Shown: piece by piece, positions 1 through 15,000 of the stretch
How positions within the stretch are numbered: the first letter of the stretch is position 1
Layout: each line of letters begins with the position of its first letter
DNA from: Eledone cirrhosa
Lineage: Eukaryota
Assembly: GCA_964016885.1 (NCBI GenBank)
Contig: OZ024751.1
Location: 682,001 to 746,000 of the forward strand
Direction: 5' to 3'
DNA: 64,000 nt
Position numbers and translations under genes: made by a program
Notes under the pieces: generated by a model
Databases searched by the model: none
The model's input: the letters and a program-made list of their open reading frames with translations, nothing else
Told to the model about the DNA's origin: nothing

Positions 1-3000
1 GTGTCTACAGTATATTGGGAGGTTGTATGTCTATTGTATATTGGGAGGTTGTGTGTCTACTGTATATTGGGAGGTTGTGTGTCTACTGTATATTGGGAGG
101 TTGTGTGTCTACTGTATATTGGGAGGTTGTGTGTCTACTGTATATTGGGAGGTTGTGTGTCTACTGTATATTGGGAGGTTGTGTGTCTACTGTATATTGG
201 GAGGTTGTGTGTCTACTGTATATTGGGAGGTTGTGTGTCTACTGTATATTGGGAGGTTGTATGTCTACTGTATATTGGGAGGTTGTGTGTCTACTGTATA
301 TTGGGAGGTTGTATGTCTATTGTATATTGGGAGGTTGTGTGTCTACTGTATATTGGGAGGTTGTATGTCTACTGTATATTGGGAGGTTGTATGTATACTG
401 TATATTGGGAGGTTGTGTGTCTACTGTATATTGGGAGGTTGTGTGTCTACTGTATATTGGGAGGTTGTATGTCTACTGTATATTGGGAGGTTGTATGTCT
501 ATTGTATATTGGGAGGTTGTGTGTCTACTGTATATTGGGAGGTTGTATGTCTACTGTATATTGGGAGGTTGTGTGTCTACAGTATATTGGGAGGTTGTGT
601 GTCTACAGTATATTGGGAGGTTGTATGTCTATTGTATATTGGGAGGTTGTGTGTATACTGTATATTGGGAGGTTGTGTGTCTACTGTATATTGGGAGGTT
701 GTGTGTCTACTGTATATTGGGAGGTTGTGTGTCTACTGTATATTGGGAGGTTGTGTGTCTACTGTATATTGGGAGGTTGTATGTCTACTGTATATTGGGA
801 GGTTGTATGTCTACAGTATATTGGGAGGTTGTATGTCTACAGTATATTGGGAGGTTGTCTGTCTACTGTATATTGGGAGGTTGTGTGTCTACTGTATATT
901 GGGAGGTTGTATGTCTACAGTATATTGGGAGGTTGTATGTCTACAGTATATTGGGAGGTTGTATGTCTACAGTATATTGGGAGGTTGTATGTCTACTGTA
1001 TATTGGGAGGTTGTGTGTCTACTGTATATTGGGAGGTTGTATGTCTACTGTATATTGGGAGGTTGTGTGTCTACAGTATATTGGGAGGTTGTGTGTCTAC
1101 TGTATATTGGGAGGTTGTGTGTCTACTGTATATTGGGAGGTTGTGTGTCTACTGTATATTGGGAGGTTGTATGTCTACTGTATATTGGGAGGTTGTGTGT
1201 CTACAGTATATTGGGAGGTTGTGTGTCTACTGTATATTGGGAGGTTGTGTGTCTACTGTATATTGGGAGGTTGTATGTCTACAGTATATTGGGGGGTTGT
1301 GTGTCTACTGTATATTGGGAGGTTGTGTGTCTACTGTATATTGGGAGGTTGTATGTCTACAGTATATTGGGGGGTTGTGTGTCTACTGTATATTGGGAGG
1401 TTGTATGTCTACAGTATATTGGGAGGTTGTATGTCTACTGTATATTGGGAGGTTGTATGTCTACAGTATATTGGGAGGTTGTGTGTCTACTGTATATTGG
1501 GAGGTTGTATGTCTACAGTATATTAGGAGGTTGTGTGTCTACAGTATATTGGGAGGTTGTATGTCTACAGTATATTGGGAGGTTGTATGTCTACTGTATA
1601 TTGGGAGGTTGTATGTCTACAGTATATTGGGAGGTTGTGTGTCTACTGTATATTGGGAGGTTGTATGTCTACAGTATATTAGGAGGTTGTGTGTCTACTG
1701 TATATTGGGAGGTTGTATGTCTACTGTATATTGGGAGGTTGTATGTCTACTGTATATTAGGAGGTTGTATGTCTACTGTATATTGGGAGGTTGTATGTCT
1801 ACAGTATATTGGGAGGTTGTATGTCTACTGTATATTGGGAGGTTGTATGTCTACTGTATATTAGGAGGTTGTATGTCTACTGTATATTGGGAGGTTGTAT
1901 GTCTACTGTATATTGGGAGGTTGTATGTCTACAGTATATTGGGAGGTTGTGTGTCTACTGTATATTGGGAGGTTGTATGTCTACTGTATATTAGGAGGTT
2001 GTATGTCTACTGTATATTGGGAGGTTGTATGTCTACTGTATATTGGGAGGTTGTATGTCTACAGTATATTGGGAGGTTGTGTATCTACTGTATATTGGGA
2101 GGTTGTATGTCTACTGTATATTGGGAGGTTGTATGTCTATTGTATATTGGGAGGTTGTGTGTCTACAGTATATTGGGAGGTTGTATCTCTACAGTATATT
2201 GGGAGGTTGTGTGTCTACAGTATATTAGGAGGTTGTGTGTCTACTGTATATTGGGAGGTTGTATGTCTACTGTATATTGGGAGGTTGTATGTCTACAGTA
2301 TATTGGGAGGTTGTGTGTCTACTGTATATTGGGAGGTTGTGTGTCTACTGTATATTGGGAGGTTGTATATCTACTGTATATTGGGAGGTTGTATGTCTAC
2401 TGTATATTGGGAGGTTGTATGTCTACTGTATATTGGGAGGTTGTGTGTCTACTGTATATTGGGAGGTTGTATATCTACTGTATATTGGGAGGTTGTGTGT
2501 CTACTGTATATTGGGAGGTTGTATGTCTACAGTATATTGGGAGGTTGTATATCTACTGTATATTGGGAGGTTGTATATCTACAGTATATTGGGAGGTTGT
2601 GTGTCTACTGTATATTGGGAGGTTGTGTGTCTACTGTATATTAGGAGGTTGTGTGTCTACAGTATATTGGGAGGTTGTATGTCTACTGTATATTGGGAGG
2701 TTGTGTGTCTACTGTATATTGGGAGGTTGTATATCTACTGTATATTGGGAGGTTGTGTGTCTACTGTATATTGGGAGGTTGTGTGTCTACTGTATATTGG
2801 GAGGTTGTGTGTCTACTGTATATTGGGAGGTTGTATGTCTACTGTATATTGGGAGGTTGTATGTCTACTGTATATTGGGAGGTTGTGTGTCTACTGTATA
2901 TTGGGAGGTTGTGTGTCTACTGTATATTGGGAGGTTGTGTGTCTACTGTATATTGGGAGGTTGTGTGTCTACTGTATATTGGGAGGTTGTGTGTCTACAG

Positions 3001-6000
3001 TATATTGGGAGGTTGTATGTCTACTGTATATTGGGAGGTTGTGTGTCTACTGTATATTGGGAGGTTGTGTGTCTACTGTATATTGGGAGGTTGTGTGTCT
3101 ACTGTATATTGGGAGGTTGTGTGTCTACTGTATATTGGGAGGTTGTGTGTCTACTGTATATTGGGAGGTTGTATGTCTACAGTATATTGGGAGGTTGTGT
3201 GTCTACAGTATATTGGGAGGTTGTGTGTCTACTGTATATTGGGAGGTTGTATGTCTACAGTATATTGGGAGGTTGTGTGTCTACTGTATATTGGGAGGTT
3301 GTGTGTCTACAGTATATTGGGAGGTTGTATGTCTACTGTATATTGGGAGGTTGTGTGTCTACAGTATATTGGGAGGTTGTATGTCTACAGTATATTGGGA
3401 GGTTGTGTGTCTACTGTATATTGGGAGGTTGTGTGTCTACAGTATATTGGGAGGTTGTGTGTCTACTGTATATTGGGAGGTTGTGTGTCTACTGTATATT
3501 GGGAGGTTGTGTGTCTACTGTATATTGGGAGGTTGTGTGTCTACAGTATATTGGGAGGTTGTATGTCTACTGTATATTGGGAGGTTGTGTGTCTACAGTA
3601 TATTGGGAGGTTGTATGTCTACTGTATATTGGGAGGTTGTGTGTCTACAGTATATTGGGAGGTTGTGTGTCTACTGTATATTGGGAGGTTGTGTGTCTAC
3701 TGTATATTGGGAGGTTGTGTGTCTACTGTATATTGGGAGGTTGTGTGTCTACTGTATATTGGGAGGTTGTGTGTCTACTGTATATTGGGAGGTTGTGTGT
3801 CTACTGTATATTGGGAGGTTGTATGTCTGCAGTATATTGGGAGGTTGTGTGTCTACTGTATATTGGGAGGTTGTATGTCTGCAGTATATTGGGAGGTTGT
3901 GTGTCTACTGTATATTGGGAGGTTGTATGTCTACTGTATATTGGGAGGTTGTATGTCTACTGTATATTGGGAGGTTGTATGTCTACTGTATATTGGGAGG
4001 TTGTATGTCTACTGTATATTGGGAGGTTGTATGTCTACTGTATATTGGGAGGTTGTGTGTCTACTGTATATTGGGAGGTTGTATGTCTACTGTATATTGG
4101 GAGGTTGTATGTCTACAGTATATTGGGAGGTTGTGTGTCTACTGTATATTGGGAGGTTGTATGTCTACAGTATATTGGGAGGTTGTGTGTCTACTGTATA
4201 TTGGGAGGTTGTATGTCTACAGTATATTGGGAGGTTGTATGTCTACTGTATATTGGGAGGTTGTGTGTCTACTGTATATTGGGAGGTTGTATGTCTACTG
4301 TATATTGGGAGGTTGTATGTCTACAGTATATTGGGAGGTTGTGTGTCTACTGTATATTGGGAGGTTGTATGTCTACTGTATATTGGGAGGTTGTATGTCT
4401 ACTGTATATTGGGAGGTTGTATGTCTACTGTATATTGGGAGGTTGTATGTCTACAGTATATTGGGAGGTTGTATGTCTACAGTATATTGGGAGGTTGTAT
4501 GTCTACTGTATATTGGGAGGTTGTATGTCTACAGTATATTGGGAGGTTGTATGTCTGCTGTATATTGGGAGGTTGTATGTCTACAGTATATTGGGAGGTT
4601 GTATGTCTACACTATATTGGGAGGTTGTGTGTCTACTGTATATTGGGAGGTTGTGTGTCTACTGTATATTGGGAGGTTGTATGTCTATAGTATATTGGGA
4701 GGTTGTATGTCTACAGTATATTGGGAGGTTGTATGTCTACTGTATATTGGGAGGTTGTGTGTCTACAGTATATTAGGAGGTTGTGTCTCTACAGTATATT
4801 AGGAGGTTGTATGTCTACTGTATATTGGGAGGTTGTGTGTCTACTGTATATTGGGAGGTTGTGTCTCTACAGTATATTAGGAGGTTGTATGTCTACTGTA
4901 TATTGGGAGGTTGTGTGTCTACTGTATATTGGGAGGTTGTGTCTCTACAGTATATTAGGAGGTTGTATGTCTACTGTATATTGGGAGGTTGTGTGTCTAC
5001 TGTATATTGGGAGGTTGTGTCTCTACAGTATATTAGGAGGTTGTATGTCTACTGTATATTGGGAGGTTGTGTGTCTACTGTATATTGGGAGGTTGTGTCT
5101 CTACAGTATATTAGGAGGTTGTATGTCTACTGTATATTGGGAGGTTGTGTGTCTACAGTATATTAGGAGGTTGTGTGTCTACTGTATATTGGGAGGTTGT
5201 GTGTCTACTGTATATTGGGAGGTTGTGTCTCTACAGTATATTAGGAGGTTGTATGTCTACTGTATATTGGGAGGTTGTATGTCTACAGTATATTGGGAGG
5301 TTGTATGTCTATTGTATATTGGGAGGTTGTGTCTCTACAGTATATTGGGTGGTTGTATCTCTACTGTATATTGGGAGGTTGTATGTCTACTGTATATAGG
5401 GAGGTTGTATGTCTACTGTATATTGGGAGGTTGTATGTCTACTGTATATTGGGAGGTTGTATGTCTACTGTATATTGGGAGGTTGTATGTCTACTGTATA
5501 TTGGGAGGTTGTATGTCTACAGTATATTGGGAGGTTGTATGTCTACTGTATATTGGGAGGTTGTATGTCTACAGTATATTGGGAGGTTGTATGTCTACTG
5601 TATATTGGGAGGTTGTATGTCTACTGTATATTGGGAGGTTGTATGTCTACTGTATATTGGGAGGTTGTATGTCTACACTATATTGGGAGGTTGTATGTCT
5701 ACAGTATATTGGGAGGTTGTATGTCTACTGTATATTGGGAGGTTGTATGTCTACTGTATATTGGGAGGTTGTATGTCTACTGTATATTGGGAGGTTGTAT
5801 GTCTACACTATATTGGGAGGTTGTGTGTCTACTGTATATTGGGAGGTTGTATGTCTACTGTATATTGGGAGGTTGTATGTCTACAGTATATTGGGAGGTT
5901 GTGTGTCTACTGTATATTGGGAGGTTGTGTGTCTACTGTATATTGGGAGGTTGTATGTCTACAGTATATTGGGAGGTTGTATGTCTACAGTATATTGGGA

Positions 6001-9000
6001 GGTTGTATGTCTACAGTATATTGGGAGGTTGTATGTCTACAGTATATTGGGAGGTTGTATGTCTACTGTATATTGGGAGGTTGTATGTCTACTGTATATT
6101 GGGAGGTTGTATGTCTACTGTATATTGGGAGGTTGTATGTCTACACTATAATGGGAGGTTGTGTGTCTACTGTATATTGGGAGGTTGTATGTCTACTGTA
6201 TATTGGGAGGTTGTATGTCTACAGTATATTGGGAGGTTGTGTGTCTACTGTATATTGGGAGGTTGTGTGTCTACTGTATATTGGGAGGTTGTATGTCTAC
6301 AGTATATTGGGAGGTTGTATGTCTACAGTATATTGGGAGGTTGTGTGTCTACAGTATATTGGGAGGTTGTATGTCTACTGTATATTGGGAGGTTGTATGT
6401 CTACAGTATATTGGCAGGTTGTGTGTCTACAGTATATTGGGAGGTTGTGTGTCTACTGTATATTGGGAGGTTGTGTGTCTACTGTATATTAGGAGGTTGT
6501 ATGTCTACAGTATATTGGGAGGTTGTATGTCTACTGTATATTGGGAGGTTGTATTTCTACTGTATATTGGGAGGTTGTATGTCTACACTATATTGGGAGA
6601 TTGTATGTCTACTGTATATTGGGAGGTTGTATGTCTACTGTATATTGGGAGGTTATATGTCTACAGTATATTGGGAGGTTGTATGTCTACTGTATATTGG
6701 GAGGTTGTATGTCTACTGTATATTGGGAGGTTGTGTGTCTACTGTATATTGGGAGGTTGTGTATCTACAGTATATTGGGAGGTTGTATCTCTACAGTATA
6801 TTGGGAGGTTGTATGTCTACTGTATATTGGGAGGTTGTGTGTCTACTGTATATTGGGAGGTTGTATGTCTACACTATATTGGGAGGTTGTGTGTCTACAG
6901 TATATTGGGAGGTTGTATGTCTACTGTATATTGGGAGGTTGTATGTCTACTGTATATTGGGAGGTTGTATGTCTACTGTATATTGGGAGGTTGTGTGTCT
7001 ACTGTATATTGGGAGGTTGTATGTCTACTGTATATTGGGAGGTTGTATGTCTACTGTATATTGGGAGGTTGTGTGTCTACTGTATATTGGGAGGTTGTAT
7101 GTCTACTGTATATTGGGAAGTTGTATGTCTACTGTATATTGGGAGGTTGTATGTCTACTGTATATTGGGAGGTTGTATGTCTACTGTATATTGGGAGGTT
7201 GTATTTCTACTGTATATTGGGAGGTTGTATGTCTACACTATATTGGGAGGTTGTATGTCTACTGTATATTGGGAGGTTGTATGTCTACTGTATATTGGGA
7301 GGTTGTATGTCTACTGTATATTGGGAGGTTGTATGTCTACAGTATATTGGGAGGTTGTGTGTCTACTGTATATTGGGAGGTTGTATGTCTACAGTATATT
7401 AGGAGGTTGTATGTCTACAGTATATTGGGAGGTTGTATGTCTACACTATATTGGGAGGTTGTATGTCTACTGTATATTGGGAGGTTGTATGTCTACAGTA
7501 TATTGGGAGGTTGTATGTCTACTGTATATTGGGAGGTTGTATGTCTACTGTATATTGGGAGGTTGTGTGTCTACTGTATATTGGGAGGTTGTATGTCTAC
7601 AGTATATGGGGAGGTTGTATGTCTACTGTATATTGGGAGGTTGTATGTCTACTGTATATTGGGAGGTTGTGTGTCTACTGTATATTGGGAGGTTGTGTGT
7701 CTACAGTATATTGGGAGGTTGTATCTCTACAGTATATTGGGAGGTTGTATGTCTACTGTATATTGGGAGGTTGTGTGTCTACTGTATATTGGGAGGTTGT
7801 ATGTCTACAGTATATTGGGAGGTTGTGTGTCTACAGTATATTGGGAGGTTTTATGTCTACTGTATATTGGGAGGTTGTGTGTCTACAGTATATTGGGAGG
7901 TTGTATGTCTACTGTATATTGGGAGGTTGTGTGTCTACTGTATATTGGGAGGTTGTATGTCTACAGTATATTGGGAGGTTGTGTGTCTACAGTATATTGG
8001 GAGGTTGTATGTCTACTGTATATTGGGAGGTTGTCTGTCTACTGTATATTGGGAGGTTGTGTGTCTACTGTATATTGGGAGGTTGTATGTCTACAGTATA
8101 TTGGGAGGTTGTGTGTCTACAGTATATTGGGAGGTTGTATGTCTACTGTATATTGGGAGGTTGTGTGTCTACTGTATATTGGGAGGTTGTATGTCTACAG
8201 TATATTGGGAGGTTGTGTGTCTACAGTATATTGGGAGGTTGTATGTCTACACTATATTGGGAGGTTGTGTGTCTACAGTATATTGGGAGGTTGTGTGTCT
8301 ACTGTATATTGGGAGGTTGTATGTCTACTGTATATTGGGAGGTTGTATGTCTACAGTATATTGGGAGGTTGTATGTCTACTGTATATTGGGAGGTTGTGT
8401 GTCTACAGTATATTGGGAGGTAGTGTGTCTACAGTATATTGGGAGGTTGTGTGTCTACAGTATATTGGGAGGTTGTGTGTCTACAGTATATTGGGAGGTT
8501 GTGTGTCTACAGTATATTGGGAGGTTGTATGTCTACTGTATATTGGGAGGTTGTATGTCTACAGTATATTGGGAGGTTGTATGTCTACAGTATATTGGGA
8601 GGTTGTATATCTACAGTATATTGGGAGGTTGTATGTCTCCTGTATTTTGGGAGGTTGTATGTCTACAGTATATTGGGAGGTTGTGTGTCTACAGTATATT
8701 GGGAGGTTGTATGTCTACTGTATATTGGGAGGTTGTATGTCTACAGTATATTGGGAGGTTGTATGTCTACAGTATATTGGGAGGTTGTATGTCTACAGTA
8801 TATTGGGAGGTTGTATGTTTACTGTATATTGGGAGGTTGTATCTCTACAGTATATTGGGAGGTTGTATGTCTACAGTATATTGGGAGGTTGTATGTCTAC
8901 TGTATATTGGGAGGTTGTATGTCTACAGTATATTGGGAGGTTGTATGTCTACAGTATATTGGGAGGTTGTATGTCTACTGTATATTGGGAGGTTGTATCT

Positions 9001-12000
9001 CTACAGTATATTGGGAGGTTGTATCTCTACAGTATATTGGGAGGTTGTATGTCTACAGTATATTTGGAGGTTGTATGTCTACAGTATATTGGGAGGTTGT
9101 GTGTCTACAGTATATTGGGAGGTTGTATGTCTACTGTATATTGGGAGGTTGTGTGTCTACTGTATATTGGGAGGTTGTATGTCTACAGTATATTGGGAGG
9201 TTGTGTGTCTACAGTATATTGGGAGGTTGTATGTCTACACTATATTGGGAGGTTGTGTGTCTACAGTATATTGGGAGGTTGTGTGTCTACTGTATATTGG
9301 GAGGTTGTATGTCTACTGTATATTGGGAGGTTGTATGTCTACAGTATATTGGGAGGTTGTATGTCTACTGTATATTGGGAGGTTGTGTGTCTACAGTATA
9401 TTGGGAGGTTGTGTGTCTACAGTATATTGGGAGGTTGTGTGTCTACAGTATATTGGGAGGTTGTGTGTCTACAGTATATTGGGAGGTTGTGTGTCTACAG
9501 TATATTGGGAGGTTGTATGTCTACTGTATATTGGGAGGTTGTATGTCTACAGTATATTGGGAGGTTGTATGTCTACAGTATATTGGGAGGTTGTATATCT
9601 ACAGTATATTGGGAGGTTGTATGTCTCCTGTATTTTGGGAGGTTGTATGTCTACAGTATATTGGGAGGTTGTGTGTCTACAGTATATTGGGAGGTTGTAT
9701 GTCTACTGTATATTGGGAGGTTGTATGTCTACAGTATATTGGGAGGTTGTATGTCTACAGTATATTGGGAGGTTGTATGTCTACAGTATATTGGGAGGTT
9801 GTATGTCTACTGTATATTGGGAGGTTGTATCTCTACAGTATATTGGGAGGTTGTATGTCTACAGTATATTGGGAGGTTGTATGTCTACTGTATATTGGGA
9901 GGTTGTATGTCTACAGTATATTGGGAGGTTGTATGTCTACAGTATATTGGGAGGTTGTATGTCTACTGTATATTGGGAGGTTGTATCTCTACAGTATATT
10001 GGGAGGTTGTATCTCTACAGTATATTGGGAGGTTGTATGTCTACAGTATATTGGGAGGTTGTATGTCTACTGTATATTGGGAGGTTGTATGTCTACAGTA
10101 TATTGGGAGGTTGTATGTCTACAGTATATTGGGAGGTTGTATGTCTACAGTATATTGGGAGGTTGTATGTCTACTGTATATTGGGAGGTTGTATGTCTAC
10201 AGTATATTGGGGGGTTGTATGTCTACTGTATATTGGGAGGTTGTATGTCTACAGTGTATTGGGAGGTTGTATGTCTCCTGTATTTTGGGAGGTTGTGTGT
10301 CTACTGTATATTGGGAGGTTGTGTGTCTACTGTATATTGGGAGGTTGTGTGTCTACTGTATATTGGGAGGTTGTATGTCTACAGTATATTGGGAGGTTGT
10401 ATGTCTACTGTATATTGGGAGGTTGTATGTCTACAGTATATTGGGAGGTTGTATGTCTACTGTATATTGGGAGGTTGTATGTCTACTGTATATTGGGAGG
10501 TTGTATGTCTACTGTATATTGGGAGGTTGTATGTCTACAGTATATTGGGAGGTTGTATGTCTATAGTATATTGGGAGGTTGTATGTCTCCTGTATTTTGG
10601 GAGGTTGTGTGTCTATAGTATATTGGGAGGTTGTATGTCTCCTGTATTTTGGGAGGTTGTGTGTCTACTGTATATTGGGAGGTTGTGTGTCTACTGTATA
10701 TTGGGAGGTTGTATGTCTACTGTATATTGGGAGGTTGTGTGTCTACTGTATATTGGGAGGTTGTATGTCTACTGTATATTGGGAGGTTGTGTATCTACTG
10801 TATATTGGGAGGTTGTATGTCTATTGTATATTGGGAGGTTGTGTCTCTACTGTATATTGGGAGGTTGTATGTCTACTGTATATTGGGAGGTTGTATGTCT
10901 ACTGTATATTGGGAGGTTGTGTATCTACTGTATATTGGGAGGTTGTATGTCTACTGTATATTGGGAGGTTGTATGTCTACTGTATATTGGGAGGTTGTAT
11001 GTCTACAGTATATTGGGAGGTTGTATGTCTACACTATATTGGGAGGTTGTGTGTCTACAGTATATTGGGAGGTTGTATGTCTACTGTATATTGGGAGGTT
11101 GTATGTCTACAGTATATTGAGAGGTTGTATGTCTACAGTATATTGGGAGGTTGTGTGTCTACAGTATATTGGGAGGTTGTATGTCTACTGTATATTGGGA
11201 GGTTGTGTGTCTACTGTATATTGGGAGGTTGTATCTCTACAGTATATTGGGAGGTTGTATGTCTACTGTATATTGGGAGGTTGTATGTCTACTGTATATT
11301 GGGAGGTTGTGTGTCTACTGTATATTGGGAGGTTGTATGTCTACTGTATATTGGGAGGTTGTATGTCTACTGTATATTGGGAGGTTGTATGTCTACTGTA
11401 TATTGGGAGGTTGTGTGTCTACTGTATATTGGGAGGTTGTATGTCTACTGTATATTGGGAGGTTGTATGTCTACTGTATATTGGGACGTTGTGTGTCTAC
11501 TGTATATTGGGAGGTTGTGTGTCTACTGTATATTGGGAGGTTGTATGTCTACTGTATATTGGGAGGTTGTATGTCTACTGTATATTGGGAGGTTGTGTGT
11601 CTACAGTATATTGGGAGGTTGTGTGTCTACAGTATATTGGGAGGTTGTATGTCTACTGTATATTGGGAGGTTGTATGTCTACTGTATATTGGGAGGTTGT
11701 ATGTCTACTGTATATTGGGAGGTTGTATGTCTACTGTATATTGGGAGGTTGTGTGTCTACTGTATATTGGGAGGTTGTATGTCTACTGTATATTGGGAGG
11801 TTGTATGTCTACTGTATATTGGGAGGTTGTGTGTCTACAGTATATTGGGAGGTTGTGTGTCTACAGTATATTGGGAGGTTGTATGTCTACTGTATATTGG
11901 GAGGTTGTATGTCTACTGTATATTGGGAGGTTGTATGTCTACTGTATATTGGGAGGTTGTATGTCTACTGTATATTGGGAGGTTGTATGTCTACTGTATA

Positions 12001-15000
12001 TTGGGAGGTTGTATGTCTACAGTATATTGGGAGGTTGTATGTCTACCGTATATTGGGAGGTTGTATGTCTATAGTATATTGGGAGGTTGTATGTCTCCTG
12101 TATTTTGGGAGGTTGTGTGTCTACTGTATATTGGGAGGTTGTATGTCTATTGTATATTGGGAGGTTGTGTCTCTACAGTATATTAGGAGGTTGTATGTCT
12201 ACTGTATATTGGGAGGTTGTGTGTCTACTGTATATTGGGAGGTTGTATGTCTACTGTATATTGGGAGGTTGTATGTCTACTGTATATTGGGAGGTTGTAT
12301 GTCTACAGTATATTGGGAGGTTGTATGTCTACTGTATATTGGGAGGTTGTATGTCTACTGTATATTGGGAGGTTGTGTGTCTACTGTATATTGGGAGGTT
12401 GTATGTCTACTGTATATTGGGAGGTTGTATGTCTACTGTATATTGGGAGGTTGTATGTCTACAGTATATTGGGAGGTTGTATGTCTACTGTATATTGGGA
12501 GGTTGTATGTCTACTGTATATTGGGAGGTTGTGTGTCTACAGTATATTGGGAGGTTGTATGTCTACTGTATATAGGGAGGTTGTATGTCTACTGTATATT
12601 GGGAGGTTGTATGTCTACTGTATATTGGGAGGTTGTATGTCTACTGTATATTGGGAGGTTGTATGTCTACAGTATATTGGGAGGTTGTATGTCTACAGTA
12701 TATTGGGAGGTTGTATGTCTACTGTATATTGGGAGGTTGTATGTCTACAGTATATTGGGAGGTTGTATGTCTACTGTATATTGGGAGGTTGTGTGTCTAC
12801 AGTATATTGGGAGGTTGTATGTCTACTGTATATTGGGAGGTTGTATGTCTACTGTATATTGGGAGGTTGTATGTCTACTGTATATTGGGAGGTTGTATGT
12901 CTACTGTATATTGGGAGGTTGTATGTCTACTGTATATTGGGAGGTTGTGTGTCTACAGTATATTGGGAGGTTGTATGTCTACTGTATATTGGGAGGTTGT
13001 ATGTCTACAGTATATTGGGAGGTTGTATGTCTACAGTATATTGGGAGGTTGTGTGTTTACTGTATATTAGGAGGTTGTGTGTCTACTGTATATTGGGAGG
13101 TTGTATGTCTACAGTATATTGGGAGGTTGTATGTCTACAGTATATTGGGAGGTTGTATGTCTACAGTATATTGGGAGGTTGTGTGTCTACAGTATATTGG
13201 GAGGTTGTATGTCTACAGTATATTGGGAGGTTGTATGTCTACAGTATATTGGGAGGTTGTATGTCTACAGTATATTGGGAGGTTGTACGTCTACAGTATA
13301 TTAGGAGGTTGTATGTCTACAGTATATTAGGAGGTTGTGTGTCTACAGTATATTGGGAGGTTGTATGTCTACAGTATATTGGGAGGTTGTATGTCTACAG
13401 TATATTAGGAGGTTGTATGTCTACAGTATATTGGGAGGTTGTATGTCTACAGTATATTGGGAGGTTGTATGTCTACTGTATATTGGGAGGTTGTATGTCT
13501 ACAGTATATTGGGAGGTTGTATGTCTACTGTATATTGGGAGGTTGTGTGTCTACTGTATATTGGGAGGTTGTATGTCTACAGTATATTGGGAGGTTGTAT
13601 GTCTATTGTATATTGGGAGGTTGTATGTCTACTGTATATTGGGAGGTTGTATGTCTACAGTATATTGGGAGGTTGTATGTCTACTGTATATTGGGAGGTT
13701 GTATGTCTACTGTATATTGGGAGGTTGTATGTCTACTGTATATTGGGAGGTTGTATGTCTACTGTATATTGGGAGGTTGTATGTCTACAGTATATTGGGA
13801 GGTTGTATGTCTACTGTATATTGGGAGGTTGTATGTCTACTGTATATTGGGAGGTTGTATGTCTATTGTATATTGGGAGGTTGTATGTCTACAGTATATT
13901 GGGAGGTTGTGTGTCTACTGTATATTGGGAGGTTGTATGTCTACAGTATATTGTGAGGTTGTGTGTCTACTGTATATTGGGAGGTTGTATGTCTACAGTA
14001 TATTGGGAGGTTGTATGTCTATTGTATATTGGGAAGTTGTATGTCTACAGTATATTGGGAGGTTGTATGTCTACTGTATATTGGGAGGTTGTGTGTCTAT
14101 TGTATATTGGGAGGTTGTGTGTCTACTGTATATTGGGAGGTTGTATGTCTACAGTATATTGGGAGGTTGTGTGTCTACTGTATATTGGGAGGTTCTATGT
14201 CTACACTATATTGGGAGGTTGTATGTCTACAGTATATTGGGAGGTTGTGTGTCTACTGTATATTGGGAGGTTGTATGTCTACAGTATATTGGGAGGTTGT
14301 ATGTCTACTGTATATTGGGAGGTTGTGTGTCTACTGTATATTGGGAGGTTGTATGTCTACAGTATATTGGGAGGTTGTATGTCTACTGTATATTGGGAGG
14401 TTGTATGTCTACAGTATATTGGGAGGTTGTATGTCTACACTATATTGGGAGGTTGTATGTCTACAGTATATTGGGAGGTTGTATGTCTACTGTATATTGG
14501 GAGGTTGTGTGTCTACAGTATATTGGGAGGTTGTATGTCTATAGTATATTGGGAGGTTGTATGTCTATTGTATATTGGGAGGTTGTATGTCTACTGTATA
14601 TTGGGAGGTTGTGTGTCTACTGTATATTGGGAGGTTGTATATCTACTGTATATTGGGAGGTTGTGTGTCTACTGTATATTGGGAGGTTGTATGTCTACAG
14701 TATATTGGGAGGTCGTATGTCTACAGTATATTGGGAGGTTGTATGTCTATTGTATATTGGGAGGTTGTATGTCTACTGTATATTGGGAGGTTGTGTGTCT
14801 ACTGTATATTGGGAGGTTGTGTGTCTACTGTATATTGGGAGGTTGTATGTCTACTGTATATTGGGAGGTTGTATGTCTACTGTATATTGGGAGGTTGTAT
14901 GTCTACAGTATATTGGGAGGTTGTATGTCTACAGTATATTGGGAGGTTGTATATCTACAGTATATTGGGAGGTTGTATGTCTACAGTATATTGGGAGATT

